The notes below the pieces were generated by a model. The model saw only the letters and a program-made list of their open reading frames with translations. It ran no database searches and was not told where the DNA came from. From an uncultured Mycolicibacterium sp. (GTDB lineage: Bacteria > Actinomycetota > Actinomycetes > Mycobacteriales > Mycobacteriaceae), in the NCBI RefSeq assembly GCF_964000695.1, contig NZ_CAXEZH010000097.1: 64,000 nucleotides of DNA; one strand, given 5' to 3'. Shown here one piece after another: positions 53,949 through 63,216 of this stretch. How positions within the stretch are numbered: the stretch's first letter is position 1; each line of letters starts with the position of its first letter. The position numbers were made by a program, and so were the translations under genes.

Positions 53949-54999
53949 GACCGACGGCGCGAACCCGCTCCGCACCGGGATATTCGGCATCGTGCTGGTC
54001 ACCTGCCTGGTGCTGGTGTCCTTCGGCTACAGCGGTCTGCCGTTCATGCCGCAGGGCAAGAACTACGAGGCGTTCTTCAGCGATGCGGGCGGCATCTCGC
54101 CCGGCAACGACGTCAACGTGTCGGGAATCAACGTGGGCAAGGTGACCGGCGTCGAGCTGGCCGGAGACAGCGCCAAGGTCACCTTCACCGTGTCCCGGGA
54201 TGTCCGGGTGGGCGACCAGTCCCTGGTGGCGATCAAGACCGACACGGTCCTCGGCGAGAAGTCTCTTGCTGTCACCCCCAAGGGGGCCGGGTCGGTCACC
54301 TCGATCCCGTTGGGGCGCACCACCACCCCCTACACGCTCAACACCGCGTTGCAGGACCTGGGGCAGACTGCCAGCGACCTGGACAAGCCGAGGTTCGAGC
54401 AGGCGTTGCAGACGTTGACCGCTTCGCTGCGAGATGCGACGCCTCAGCTGCGCAGCGCACTGGACGGCGTCGCCGAACTGTCCCGCAGCCTGAACAAGCG
54501 CGATGCGGCCCTCGATCAGCTGCTCGGGCATGCCCAGCGGGTTTCCGAGACGCTGGCGCAGCGGGCCGGTCAGGTCAATCAGCTGATCGTCGACGGCAAC
54601 ATGCTCTTCGCCGCGCTCGACGAGCGTCGTCAGGCGCTGAGCCGGCTGATCGCCGGTATCGACGATGTGTCCGAACAGCTTTCGGGGTTCGTCGCCGACA
54701 ACCGCAAGGAGTTCGGACCGGCGTTGGAGAACCTCAACCTGGTCATGGACAACCTGCTGGAACGCCGTGAACACATTGGGGAGGCGCTGCGGCGGCTGCC
54801 GCCCTACGCCACCGCGCTGGGCGAGGTCGTGGGCAACGGTCCGGGATTCAACATCAACCTCTACGGTCTGCCCCCGGCGAGCCTGGCCGAGGTCCTCCTC
54901 GACACCTACTTCCAGCCCGGCAAGCTGCCCGACAGCCTCGCCGACTACCTGCGCGGGTTCATCGCCGAGCGCTTGATCATCAGGCCGAGGTCACCGTGA
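53941..54999 (+). CDS. mce4C: Mce4 substrate-binding protein C
   Basis: 8-nt overlap with mce4B. TM plus Mce domain (VNVSGINVGKVTGV). Confidence 0.92.
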   Translation: MAKTDGANPLRTGIFGIVLVTCLVLVSFGYSGLPFMPQGKNYEAFFSDAGGISPGNDVNVSGINVGKVTGVELAGDSAKVTFTVSRDVRVGDQSLVAIKTDTVLGEKSLAVTPKGAGSVTSIPLGRTTTPYTLNTALQDLGQTASDLDKPRFEQALQTLTASLRDATPQLRSALDGVAELSRSLNKRDAALDQLLGHAQRVSETLAQRAGQVNQLIVDGNMLFAALDERRQALSRLIAGIDDVSEQLSGFVADNRKEFGPALENLNLVMDNLLERREHIGEALRRLPPYATALGEVVGNGPGFNINLYGLPPASLAEVLLDTYFQPGKLPDSLADYLRGFIAERLIIRPRSP

Positions 55000-56426
55000 G
55001 CGAATCGACAACGACGAAGACCCGCAACCGCACCCTGCGGCTGACGCTGGCGGCCGTATTGGTCGTGGCACTGGTGATCGGCGTCTTCCTGGTCTGGCCG
55101 ACCCGCAAGGGGCACACCATCGTCGGCTATTTCACCTCGGCGGTCGGGCTCTACCCCGGCGACGAGGTCCGCATCGTGGGCGTACCGGTGGGGGAGATCG
55201 ACTCCATCGAGCCACGAGCCGACGACGTGAAGATCACGATGAGCGTCGACCACGGGGTGCAGGTCCCGGAGAACGCCAAGGCGCTCATCATCTCGCCGAA
55301 CCTGGTGGCGGCTCGCTTCATTCAGCTCACACCGGCCTACACCGGCGGTCCGACGATGGCCGACGGAGCCGCGATCGGCTTGGACCGCACCGCCGTTCCG
55401 GTGGAGTGGGACGAGGTCAAGGAGCAGCTCACCCAGCTCAGTGCCCAGCTGGGCCCGCAGCAGGGTTCGGTACAGGGCCCGTTGGCCGAGGTCATCGACC
55501 AGGCCGCCACCACGTTCGACGGCAACGGCGATTCGTTCCGGGACGCGGTGCGCGAGCTGTCGCAGACCGCAGGCCGCCTCGGTGACTCGCGCAACGACCT
55601 GTTCGGCACGGTGCGCAACCTGCAGGTGCTCGTTGACGCGCTGTCGAACAGCAACGAGCAGATCGTGCAGTTCACCAACCACGTGGCGTCGGTGTCGCAG
55701 GTGCTGGCCGACAGCTCGGCGAACCTCGACGACACCCTGGGCACGTTGAACCAGGCGCTGTCCGATGTCCGGGAGTTGCTCGGCGAGAACAACCAGGCGC
55801 TGATCGACCAGGTCGGCAAGTTGGCCGACTTCACCCAGATCCTGACCGACCACAGCGACGACATCGAGCAGATCCTGCACATCACGCCCAACGGGCTGTC
55901 GAACTTCTACAACATCTACAACCCGGCACAGGGCACCGTCGCCGGCTTGCTCTCGCTGCCGAACTTCGCCAACCCGGTGCAGTTCATCTGCGGTGGCGCC
56001 TACGACATCGGCGCCACCCCCGACGAGTACAAGCGCGCCGAGATCTGTCGCCAGCGGATGGGCCCGGTGCTCAAGCGCATCACGATGAACTACCCGCCGG
56101 TGCTGTTCCACCCGATCAACAGCATCACGGCCTACAAGGGCCAGGTCATCTACGACACCCCGGAGACCGAGGCCAAGGCCGAGACGCCGGTGCCTTACCT
56201 GCAATGGCAGAACGCCCCGGGCGTCACCCCGCCGGAGATCCCGCCGGACGCCGACCTGTCGACGTTGCTGGCCCCACCGGCTCCGGAGGCGGCGACGTCC
56301 CCGGCGCCGGAAGCGGCACAGACCGCGCCGCCGGCACCCGTGGCCCCACAGCCCATCCCGGGTCCGCTGCGGCCCGACCAGGCGGTGCCGCAGCCCGCCG
56401 CACCACAGACGGGAGCGGGCGGATGA
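54996..56426 (+). CDS. mce4D: Mce4 substrate-binding protein D (Pro-rich C-terminus)
   Basis: GTGA overlap with mce4C. TM plus Mce domain (VRIVGVPVGEIDSI). Confidence 0.92.
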   Translation: MSESTTTKTRNRTLRLTLAAVLVVALVIGVFLVWPTRKGHTIVGYFTSAVGLYPGDEVRIVGVPVGEIDSIEPRADDVKITMSVDHGVQVPENAKALIISPNLVAARFIQLTPAYTGGPTMADGAAIGLDRTAVPVEWDEVKEQLTQLSAQLGPQQGSVQGPLAEVIDQAATTFDGNGDSFRDAVRELSQTAGRLGDSRNDLFGTVRNLQVLVDALSNSNEQIVQFTNHVASVSQVLADSSANLDDTLGTLNQALSDVRELLGENNQALIDQVGKLADFTQILTDHSDDIEQILHITPNGLSNFYNIYNPAQGTVAGLLSLPNFANPVQFICGGAYDIGATPDEYKRAEICRQRMGPVLKRITMNYPPVLFHPINSITAYKGQVIYDTPETEAKAETPVPYLQWQNAPGVTPPEIPPDADLSTLLAPPAPEAATSPAPEAAQTAPPAPVAPQPIPGPLRPDQAVPQPAAPQTGAGG

Positions 56427-57586
56427 TGCGCCGTGTAGTGGCCATCTCCTCGTTGGCCGTGCTGCTGGCCGGCTGCCAGTTCGGCGGGCTCAACTCACTG
56501 GACATGCCCGGCACGGCCGGGCACGGTGCCGGTTCTTTCCAGGTCGAGGTCGAACTGCCCGACGTGTCGACGCTGCCGCAGAACTCGCCGGTCATGGTCG
56601 ACGACGTCACCGTGGGCAGCGTCTCCGGCATCGACGCGGTCCAGCGGCCCGACGGGACCTTCTATGCGGCCGTGCAGCTGTCGCTCGAACCGGGAGTCAA
56701 TCTGCCGGCCAACGCCATCGCGCGGGTTGCGCAGACCTCGCTGCTCGGGTCTCAGCACATCGAGTTGGCCGAACCGGTCGACGAGCCCGGAGAGGGCCGG
56801 CTGAAGCAGGGCTCGGAGATCCCGATGAGCCGAACCGGCCGCTATCCCACCACCGAGGAGGTGCTGTCCTCCCTGGGTGTCGTGGTCAACAAGGGCAATC
56901 TCGGTGCGCTGCAGGACATCACCGACGAGACCTACAACGCCGTCGCCGGCCGGCAGGGGTCCTTCGCCGAACTGATCCCACGGCTTGCCGAGCTGACCGC
57001 CTCATTGGACCGCCAGACCGAGGACATCATCGCCGCGGCTGAGGGGCTGAACCGGTTCGCCGGCATCCTGGCACGCAGCCAGGACAGCCTCGGGCGGACT
57101 CTGGACACGTTGCCCGGGGCGCTGGAGGTGCTCAACCGCAACCGCGCCAACATCGTCGACGCGTTCGCCGCATTGCGCAGCTTCGCCGAGGTCGGGTCCC
57201 GGGTCCTGCAGCAGACCAAGGACGATTTCACCGAGGACTTCAGGGATCTGTACCCGGTGATCAAGGCGCTCAACGATCATGCGGACGAGTTCATCAAGAG
57301 CCTGGAGTTCCTGCCGACGTTCCCGTTCCACTACGACTACCTCCGCAAGGCGGTGCGCGGCGACTACCTCAACGTGTTCGTCACGTTCGATCTGACGCTG
57401 CGCCGACTCGGTGAAACCGTGTTCACCACCTCGAAGGGGCTGGACCCGAACATGAAACGGATGAGCGAGGTCATCAACACGCCCGACTTCCTGATCGGAG
57501 CCAACTCGAACCTGTCCGGCCAGGCGGCCGATCCGTTCGAGATCCCGCCGGGCACGGCGACCCAGCACGACGGGCCGGTGCAATGA
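56423..57586 (+). CDS. mce4E: Mce4 lipoprotein subunit E (LprN)
   Basis: ATG 56423 overlaps the mce4D stop (ATGA). Lipobox LLAGC. Mce domain (VMVDDVTVGSVSGI). Confidence 0.92.
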   Translation: MMRRVVAISSLAVLLAGCQFGGLNSLDMPGTAGHGAGSFQVEVELPDVSTLPQNSPVMVDDVTVGSVSGIDAVQRPDGTFYAAVQLSLEPGVNLPANAIARVAQTSLLGSQHIELAEPVDEPGEGRLKQGSEIPMSRTGRYPTTEEVLSSLGVVVNKGNLGALQDITDETYNAVAGRQGSFAELIPRLAELTASLDRQTEDIIAAAEGLNRFAGILARSQDSLGRTLDTLPGALEVLNRNRANIVDAFAALRSFAEVGSRVLQQTKDDFTEDFRDLYPVIKALNDHADEFIKSLEFLPTFPFHYDYLRKAVRGDYLNVFVTFDLTLRRLGETVFTTSKGLDPNMKRMSEVINTPDFLIGANSNLSGQAADPFEIPPGTATQHDGPVQ

Positions 57587-59292
57587 TCGACCGCCTGACC
57601 CGGATCCAGCTCACGATCTTCGCGATCGTGACGGTGCTGACCGTCGGCGCCATCTCGATCTTCTACCTGCGCCTCCCGGAGGCAGTCGGTATCGGCGCCT
57701 ACAACGTCAGCGCGAACTTCACCGCGGCCGGCGGGCTGTACCAGAACGCCAACGTCACCTACCGCGGCGTGACCGTCGGCCGGGTCGAGTCCGTGGGGCT
57801 CACCGACGACGGCGTGGTCGCCAAGATGCGACTGGACAGCGGCACGCCGGTTCCGGAGAACGTGACCGCGACCGTCAAGAGCGTCTCGGCGGTGGGCGAG
57901 CAGTACATCGACCTGGTGCCGCCGGAGCAGGCGGCGCCCGGCGCACTGCGCAACGGCGCGGTGATCCCGGTGGATCGCACCGCGATCGGCCAGGACATCT
58001 ACGGCATGCTGCAGGAGGCCGACGCGCTGATCAGCAGCGTCGGTGACACCCGGCTGCAGGACCTGTTGGACGAGACGTTCAAGGCGTTCAACGGATCCGG
58101 GCCGGAACTGGCCCGGCTGATCCAGTCGGCGCGACTGCTGGTCGACGAGGCCAACGCCAACTTCGACCAAACTTCTTCGCTGATCGACCAGGCGGGACCG
58201 TTCCTGGAAGCGCAACTGCGCAGCGGCGACGACATCCGCTCGTTGGCCGACGGACTGGCCCGGTTGACCACCGAGGTCGCCAACGCCGACCCGCAGCTGC
58301 GGTCCACGCTGCAGACCGTCCCCGGTACCACCGAGGTGGCCAACGAGACGTTCGCGGGTATCCGTCCGACGTTCCCGGTGCTGGCCGCCAATCTGGCCAA
58401 CTTCGGCCGCATCGGCGTCATCTACCGCAAGTCGCTGGAACACTCGCTCGTCGTGTTCCCGGCCCTGCTCGCCGCGCTGAACACCGTCGGCACCGGACTG
58501 CCGGCGGACGAGGGCGGCAAGCTTGACTTCAAGATCAACCTGGGGGATGCGCCACCGTGCTCGGTGGGCTTCATCCCGCCCACCCAGATCCGGTCCCCGG
58601 CCGACACCACACTGCGTGAACTGCCGACCGACATGTACTGCAAGACACCGCAGAACGATCCCAGTGTGGTGCGCGGTGCGCGCAACTATCCGTGCCAGGA
58701 GTTTCCGGGCAAGCGCGCGCCCACCATCCAGCTGTGCCGCGATCCCAACGGCTATGTGCCGATCGGCAGCAATCCGTGGCGCGGACCGCCCGTGCCGGTC
58801 GGGACACCGATCGAGGACGGCCGCAACATCCTGCCGCCCAACAAGTTCCCTATGATCCCGCCACAGGTCGATCCCGATCCGGGCCCCCCGTCGGTGCAGT
58901 TGCCGCCCGGGGTGCCGCCCGGGCCGGGGCCTGCGCCGCACGCGCCGTTCCCGCTGCCCTACCCGCCCAACGAGGTGGGGCCGCCTCCGCCGCCGTGGCC
59001 GTACTTCTCGCCGCCCGACGAAGTGGTGCCGCCGTACGGCCGCACCCCACCGGCGCCGGGACCGGCCCCCGCGGCACCTGCGCCGGGTCCGGCCCCCGGC
59101 GCACCTGGGCCGGCGCCTGGTCCGCTGCCCGCTGAGATGCCGCTGGCCAGCGGACCGGCGACCGCGACCTACGACCAGAACGGCGAGTTCGTCGATCCCT
59201 CAGGCGGGACTGGTATCTTCGCGCCCGGCACCGACGCACTGGCGCCCGCAGAGAACTGGGTCGACCTGATGCTGGCGCCCGAACAGATCTGA
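57583..59292 (+). CDS. mce4F: Mce4 substrate-binding protein F (long Pro-rich tail)
   Basis: ATGA overlap with mce4E. TM plus Mce domain (VTYRGVTVGRVESV). 569 aa (remembered Rv3494c is 564). Confidence 0.92.
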   Translation: MIDRLTRIQLTIFAIVTVLTVGAISIFYLRLPEAVGIGAYNVSANFTAAGGLYQNANVTYRGVTVGRVESVGLTDDGVVAKMRLDSGTPVPENVTATVKSVSAVGEQYIDLVPPEQAAPGALRNGAVIPVDRTAIGQDIYGMLQEADALISSVGDTRLQDLLDETFKAFNGSGPELARLIQSARLLVDEANANFDQTSSLIDQAGPFLEAQLRSGDDIRSLADGLARLTTEVANADPQLRSTLQTVPGTTEVANETFAGIRPTFPVLAANLANFGRIGVIYRKSLEHSLVVFPALLAALNTVGTGLPADEGGKLDFKINLGDAPPCSVGFIPPTQIRSPADTTLRELPTDMYCKTPQNDPSVVRGARNYPCQEFPGKRAPTIQLCRDPNGYVPIGSNPWRGPPVPVGTPIEDGRNILPPNKFPMIPPQVDPDPGPPSVQLPPGVPPGPGPAPHAPFPLPYPPNEVGPPPPPWPYFSPPDEVVPPYGRTPPAPGPAPAAPAPGPAPGAPGPAPGPLPAEMPLASGPATATYDQNGEFVDPSGGTGIFAPGTDALAPAENWVDLMLAPEQI

Positions 59293-59309
59293 CCAGGTCC
59301 GAAAGGACC

Positions 59310-60038
59310 GTGAAGAAGGCGAATTTGTCCGAAGAGGAATCCCGCGACATGTCGGCGTCGGCCGGCCGGCCGGTGCGACGGCGCGCCTCGCGGGCCGCGG
59401 GCCCGGCCGGCACCGGCACCAGCACGGCGTCACCAGACACCGCAGGTTCGGTAGCGCTGGCACCGCCCCCGACGGTCAAGGTTCGTCCGGTCCGCCCCGC
59501 CGGTCCGCCGCCGCGCCGCCCCGCCAACCGCAGGCTGGTGGCGTTGGTCTCCATGCTGACACTGGTGGTGGTGGCCGCCGCCCTGGCGACCGGTGCTGCG
59601 CTGCTGCTGTCCTCCCAACGTGAGGCCCAGGCCGAGCAGGCCCGTGACCAGCGCTTCGTCGACACCGCGCGTCAGCTGGTGGTCAACATGTTCAGCTACA
59701 CGCAGGACAACATCGATGACAGCGTGGACCGGTTCGTCAACAGCACCAGCGGGCCGCTGCGGGACATGCTCAGCCAGGACAACAACGTCGAGAACCTCAA
59801 GGCGATCTTCCGCGACACCAACGCCAGCTCGGAGGCCGTCATCAACGGCGCTGCGCTCGAAGAGATCGACGAGGTGACGAATAACGCTGCGGTCCTGGTG
59901 TCGGTGCGGGTGACCGTGACGGACATGGAGGGCACCAACAAGCCGTCCCAGCCGTACCGGCTGCGGGTGATCGTGCACGAGGACGACGCCGGTCACATGA
60001 CCGGATACGACCTCAAGTATCCCGACGGCGGTAACTGA
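59310..60038 (+). CDS. mam4A: Mce-associated membrane protein
   Basis: GTG after GAAAGGA. 242 aa (remembered Rv3493c is 242). Single TM LVALVSMLTLVVVAAALATGAALLL. Confidence 0.85.
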   Translation: MKKANLSEEESRDMSASAGRPVRRRASRAAGPAGTGTSTASPDTAGSVALAPPPTVKVRPVRPAGPPPRRPANRRLVALVSMLTLVVVAAALATGAALLLSSQREAQAEQARDQRFVDTARQLVVNMFSYTQDNIDDSVDRFVNSTSGPLRDMLSQDNNVENLKAIFRDTNASSEAVINGAALEEIDEVTNNAAVLVSVRVTVTDMEGTNKPSQPYRLRVIVHEDDAGHMTGYDLKYPDGGN

Positions 60039-60526
60039 TGCGGGCGGTCCGGCTCTGGTCGACGCTCGCGGTGGTGCTCGCCGCGGGCGTGGTGGCGCTG
60101 GCGGCCTACGGCGGCGCGCTGTACTGGAACGGGGTCCAGCTCGCAGGTGAGCAGGAAGCGCGCAGCGAACTCGCGCCGCTGGCCACCGACCAGATTCCGA
60201 AGGTGTTCGGCTACGACTACCAGACCGTCGAGCGTAGCCTTCTCGACGTCTTCCCGCTGCTCACGCCCAGCTACCGCCAGGAGTTCGAGGAACGCGCCAC
60301 CGAGGACATCATCCCGCAGGCCCGCGAGCGGCAGCTGGTCAGTCAGGCCAACGTGGTCGGCGCGGGAGTGCTGGACGCGCAACGTAATTCGGGATCGGTG
60401 ATGGTGTTCATGAACCGCACCGTGACCGACAAGTCTCGCCAGCCCGTCTACGACGGCAGCCGCCTACGCGTCGACTACAAGAAGGTCGACGGCAAGTGGC
60501 TGATCGACTACATCACCCCGATCTGA
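60038..60526 (+). CDS. mam4B: Mce-associated membrane protein
   Basis: TGATG overlap with mam4A. 162 aa (remembered Rv3492c is 160). N-terminal TM. Confidence 0.85.
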   Translation: MRAVRLWSTLAVVLAAGVVALAAYGGALYWNGVQLAGEQEARSELAPLATDQIPKVFGYDYQTVERSLLDVFPLLTPSYRQEFEERATEDIIPQARERQLVSQANVVGAGVLDAQRNSGSVMVFMNRTVTDKSRQPVYDGSRLRVDYKKVDGKWLIDYITPI

Positions 60527-62031
60527 CCGGAACCCCGCTCGCTGCCCGCTGAGGCCAGCGCATCGAGGAACGACCGCGCCCAGCGGTCCACGTCGTGCGC
60601 CAGGACCTGGCGACGGAGCGCTCGCATGCGCCGTCTGCCCTCTTCGGGCGACTGGTTCAGCGCAGCCTCGATGGCGTCCTTGACACCTTCGAGGTGATGC
60701 GGGTTGGTCAGGTAGGCCTGGCGCAGCTCGGCCGATGCGCCGGTGAACTCGCTGAGCACCAGAGCGCCGCCCAGGTCGCTGCGGCACGCCACGTACTCCT
60801 TGGCCACCAGGTTCATGCCGTCACGTAGCGGGGTGACCAGCATGACGTCGGCGGCGACGAAGAACGCCACCAGATCCTCGCGCGGCACCGGCCGGTGCAG
60901 ATAGTGCACCACCGGATGGCCGACCTCGCCGTACTCACCGTTGATGTGGCCGACCTGGCGCTCGATGCCCTCGCGCATCGCCTTGTAGCTCTCCACCCGT
61001 TCCCGGCTGGGGGTGGCCAGCTGGACCAGCACGGTGTCCTCGCGGTTGATCCGCTCCTCGGCGAGCAGCTCGGAGAAGGCCTCCAGCCGCACATCGATGC
61101 CCTTGGTGTAGTCCAGGCGGTCCACACCCAGCAGGATCTTGCGGGGGTTGCCCAACTCCTGACGAATCTCGCGGGCACGCTGCCGAGTGCTCTTGCTGCG
61201 TGCTTTCTGGTCCAGATCGGTGGAGTCGATGGAGATCGGGAACGCGCCGACCTTGACGGTGCGGAACCCGACCTGCACCTCCCCGAACCGGGACCGCACC
61301 CCGACCGTCGCGCGGGAGGTGTTCGCGCCCACCAACCGGCGGGCCAGGATCAGGAAGTTCTGCGCGCCCCCCGGCAGATGGAATCCGACCAGGTCGGCAC
61401 CCAGCAGACCCTCGGTGATCTCGGTACGCCACGGCATCTGCATGAACAGCTCGACGGGCGGGAACGGGATGTGCAGGAAAAACCCGATCGTCAGATCGGG
61501 CCTGAGCATGCGCAGCATCTTGGGCACCAGCTGCAGCTGGTAGTCCTGCACCCACACCGTGGCTCCCTCGGCCGCCACGCGGGCGGTCGCCTCGGCGAAG
61601 CGCCGGTTCACCTCGACGTAGCGGTCCCACCATTCCCGGTGGTAGATCGGCTTGACGATGACGTCGTGGTACAGCGGCCACAGGGTGCCGTTGGAGAACC
61701 CCTCGTAGTACTTCGCGACGTCGTCCGCGCTGAGCCGGACTCGGACCAGCGACATCCCGTCCTGCTCGATGGGCTCCTCGCTGGCGTTGGGATCGCCGGG
61801 CTCCTGGGGCACGCCGGGCCAGCCGATCCACGCGCCGTGGCGCCGGCGCAGCAGCGGCTCCAGAGCCGTCACGAGGCCGCCGGGACTGCGCTTCCACTCG
61901 ACGGTGCCGTCGGGTTTCTGGATCATGTCGATCGGCAGCCGGTTGGCCACCACGACGAAGTCCGCCGTCCCAGTGGACGGCGCAGGGGATCCGCCCGTGG
62001 AGCGGGCCTCGGGACCGCTCTGGGCGGTCAT
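60508..62031 (-). CDS. otsA: alpha,alpha-trehalose-phosphate synthase
   Basis: GT20 signatures [18 protein letters not shown] and [19 protein letters not shown] 62031 (MTAQ...) gives 507 aa (remembered Rv3490 is 500). The 3' end overlaps mam4B by 19 nt. Confidence 0.92.
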   Translation of the reverse strand: MTAQSGPEARSTGGSPAPSTGTADFVVVANRLPIDMIQKPDGTVEWKRSPGGLVTALEPLLRRRHGAWIGWPGVPQEPGDPNASEEPIEQDGMSLVRVRLSADDVAKYYEGFSNGTLWPLYHDVIVKPIYHREWWDRYVEVNRRFAEATARVAAEGATVWVQDYQLQLVPKMLRMLRPDLTIGFFLHIPFPPVELFMQMPWRTEITEGLLGADLVGFHLPGGAQNFLILARRLVGANTSRATVGVRSRFGEVQVGFRTVKVGAFPISIDSTDLDQKARSKSTRQRAREIRQELGNPRKILLGVDRLDYTKGIDVRLEAFSELLAEERINREDTVLVQLATPSRERVESYKAMREGIERQVGHINGEYGEVGHPVVHYLHRPVPREDLVAFFVAADVMLVTPLRDGMNLVAKEYVACRSDLGGALVLSEFTGASAELRQAYLTNPHHLEGVKDAIEAALNQSPEEGRRRMRALRRQVLAHDVDRWARSFLDALASAGSERGSGQIGVM

Positions 62032-62195
62032 CAGGCGTCGAGCTTCGCCGGACCGATGCCGAGCATGGACAAGAAGACGCGGCATTCGTCGGCGTCGGTG
62101 GCGTAGGCGGCCACCACCCGACGGGCCTGACGCTCGGTGCTGTCGGCGATGGGCTCGACGTCGCCGAGGTCGGCGGGATCAGATTTCGCAGGCAT
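62031..62195 (-). CDS. 54-aa conserved hypothetical protein (Rv3489 position)
   Basis: ATG 62195. [54 protein letters not shown]. Its stop shares one nucleotide with the otsA start (TGATG). Same length as remembered Rv3489. Confidence 0.6.
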   Translation of the reverse strand: MPAKSDPADLGDVEPIADSTERQARRVVAAYATDADECRVFLSMLGIGPAKLDA

Positions 62196-62262
62196 GGCAC
62201 AACTGTAGCCAACCGGCAGGTGAGTGCTGGTAAGCAAGCCGCTCGGACGTAATGTGCACAGC

Positions 62263-63171
62263 ATGAGTGCCGCATCGGCGAACCAGGAGCAGGTCACCTA
62301 CGAGACCCTCGATGACGGGCGCATCGCGCGGATCTGGCTCAACCGTCCCGAGGCGCAGAACGCGCAGTCCCGCACCCTCCTGGTCCAACTCGACGAAGCG
62401 TTCGGCCGGGCCGAGGCCGACGACCAGGTCCGGGTCGTCATCCTCGCCGCCCGCGGGAAGAACTTCTCGGCCGGACACGACCTGGGCTCGGAGGCCGCCC
62501 TTGCCGAGCGGGCGCCGGGCCCCGATCAGCACCCCAGCTTCCGGATCAACGGAGCCACCCGCGCGGCTGTCGCTGAGCGCACCTATCTGCAGGAGTGGCA
62601 CTACTTCTTCGAGAACACGAGCCGGTGGCGCGATCTGCGCAAGATCACCATCGCCCAGGTGCAGGGCAACGCGATCTCGGCGGCGTTGATGCTGATCTGG
62701 GCATGTGATCTCATCGTCGCCGCCGACGACGCGAAGTTCAGCGACGTCGTGGCGGTGCGCATGGGGATGCCGGGTGTCGAGTACTACGCGCACCCCTGGG
62801 AATTCGGGGCCCGCAAGGCCAAGGAGCTGTTGCTGACCGGTGATTCGATCGACGCCGACGAGGCCCACCGGCTGGGCATGGTCTCGAAGGTTTTCCCGCG
62901 TGCCGAGCTTGAGGACAAGACCCTCGACTTCGCCCGCCGCATCGCCGAGCGGCCGACGATGGCGGCGCTGCTCGTGAAGGATTCGGTGAACGCCGCGAGC
63001 GACGCGATGGGATTCACCGAGGCGCTGCGTCACGCGTTCCACATCCACGAACTCGGCCATGCCCACTGGGCGGCCCACAACGAGAACCGGTATCCGATCG
63101 GCCTCCCACCGGATGTTCCGGACTGGCGCACCCTCGGAGCGCCGAAGCCCGCTCGCCGCGACGAACCGTGA
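62263..63171 (+). CDS. enoyl-CoA hydratase/isomerase family protein
   Basis: ATG 62263. Crotonase pattern RIWLNRPEAQNA...FSAGHDLG. 302 aa. Confidence 0.85.
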   Translation: MSAASANQEQVTYETLDDGRIARIWLNRPEAQNAQSRTLLVQLDEAFGRAEADDQVRVVILAARGKNFSAGHDLGSEAALAERAPGPDQHPSFRINGATRAAVAERTYLQEWHYFFENTSRWRDLRKITIAQVQGNAISAALMLIWACDLIVAADDAKFSDVVAVRMGMPGVEYYAHPWEFGARKAKELLLTGDSIDADEAHRLGMVSKVFPRAELEDKTLDFARRIAERPTMAALLVKDSVNAASDAMGFTEALRHAFHIHELGHAHWAAHNENRYPIGLPPDVPDWRTLGAPKPARRDEP

Positions 63172-63172
63172 C

Positions 63173-63200
63173 GTATAACTAGAACTTGTTCCAGTTATAC
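63173..63200. promoter_or_regulatory. 28-bp palindrome GTATAACT-AGAACTTGTTCC-AGTTATAC containing a KstR-type core TAGAACTTGTTCCA (63180..63193)
   Basis: The core fits TnnAACnnGTTnnA. The outer 8-bp arms are perfectly complementary. Lies between the hydratase stop and the SDR start. Confidence 0.55.
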
Positions 63201-63216
63201 GGCTGAAGGGGTTCTC

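Noticed and set aside
54945-58941. Minus-strand ORFs 54945..56204 and 57364..58941 inside the mce4 operon
   Set aside because: They are antisense to mce4D and mce4F, whose frames show TM plus Mce-domain architecture and codon-overlap chaining.
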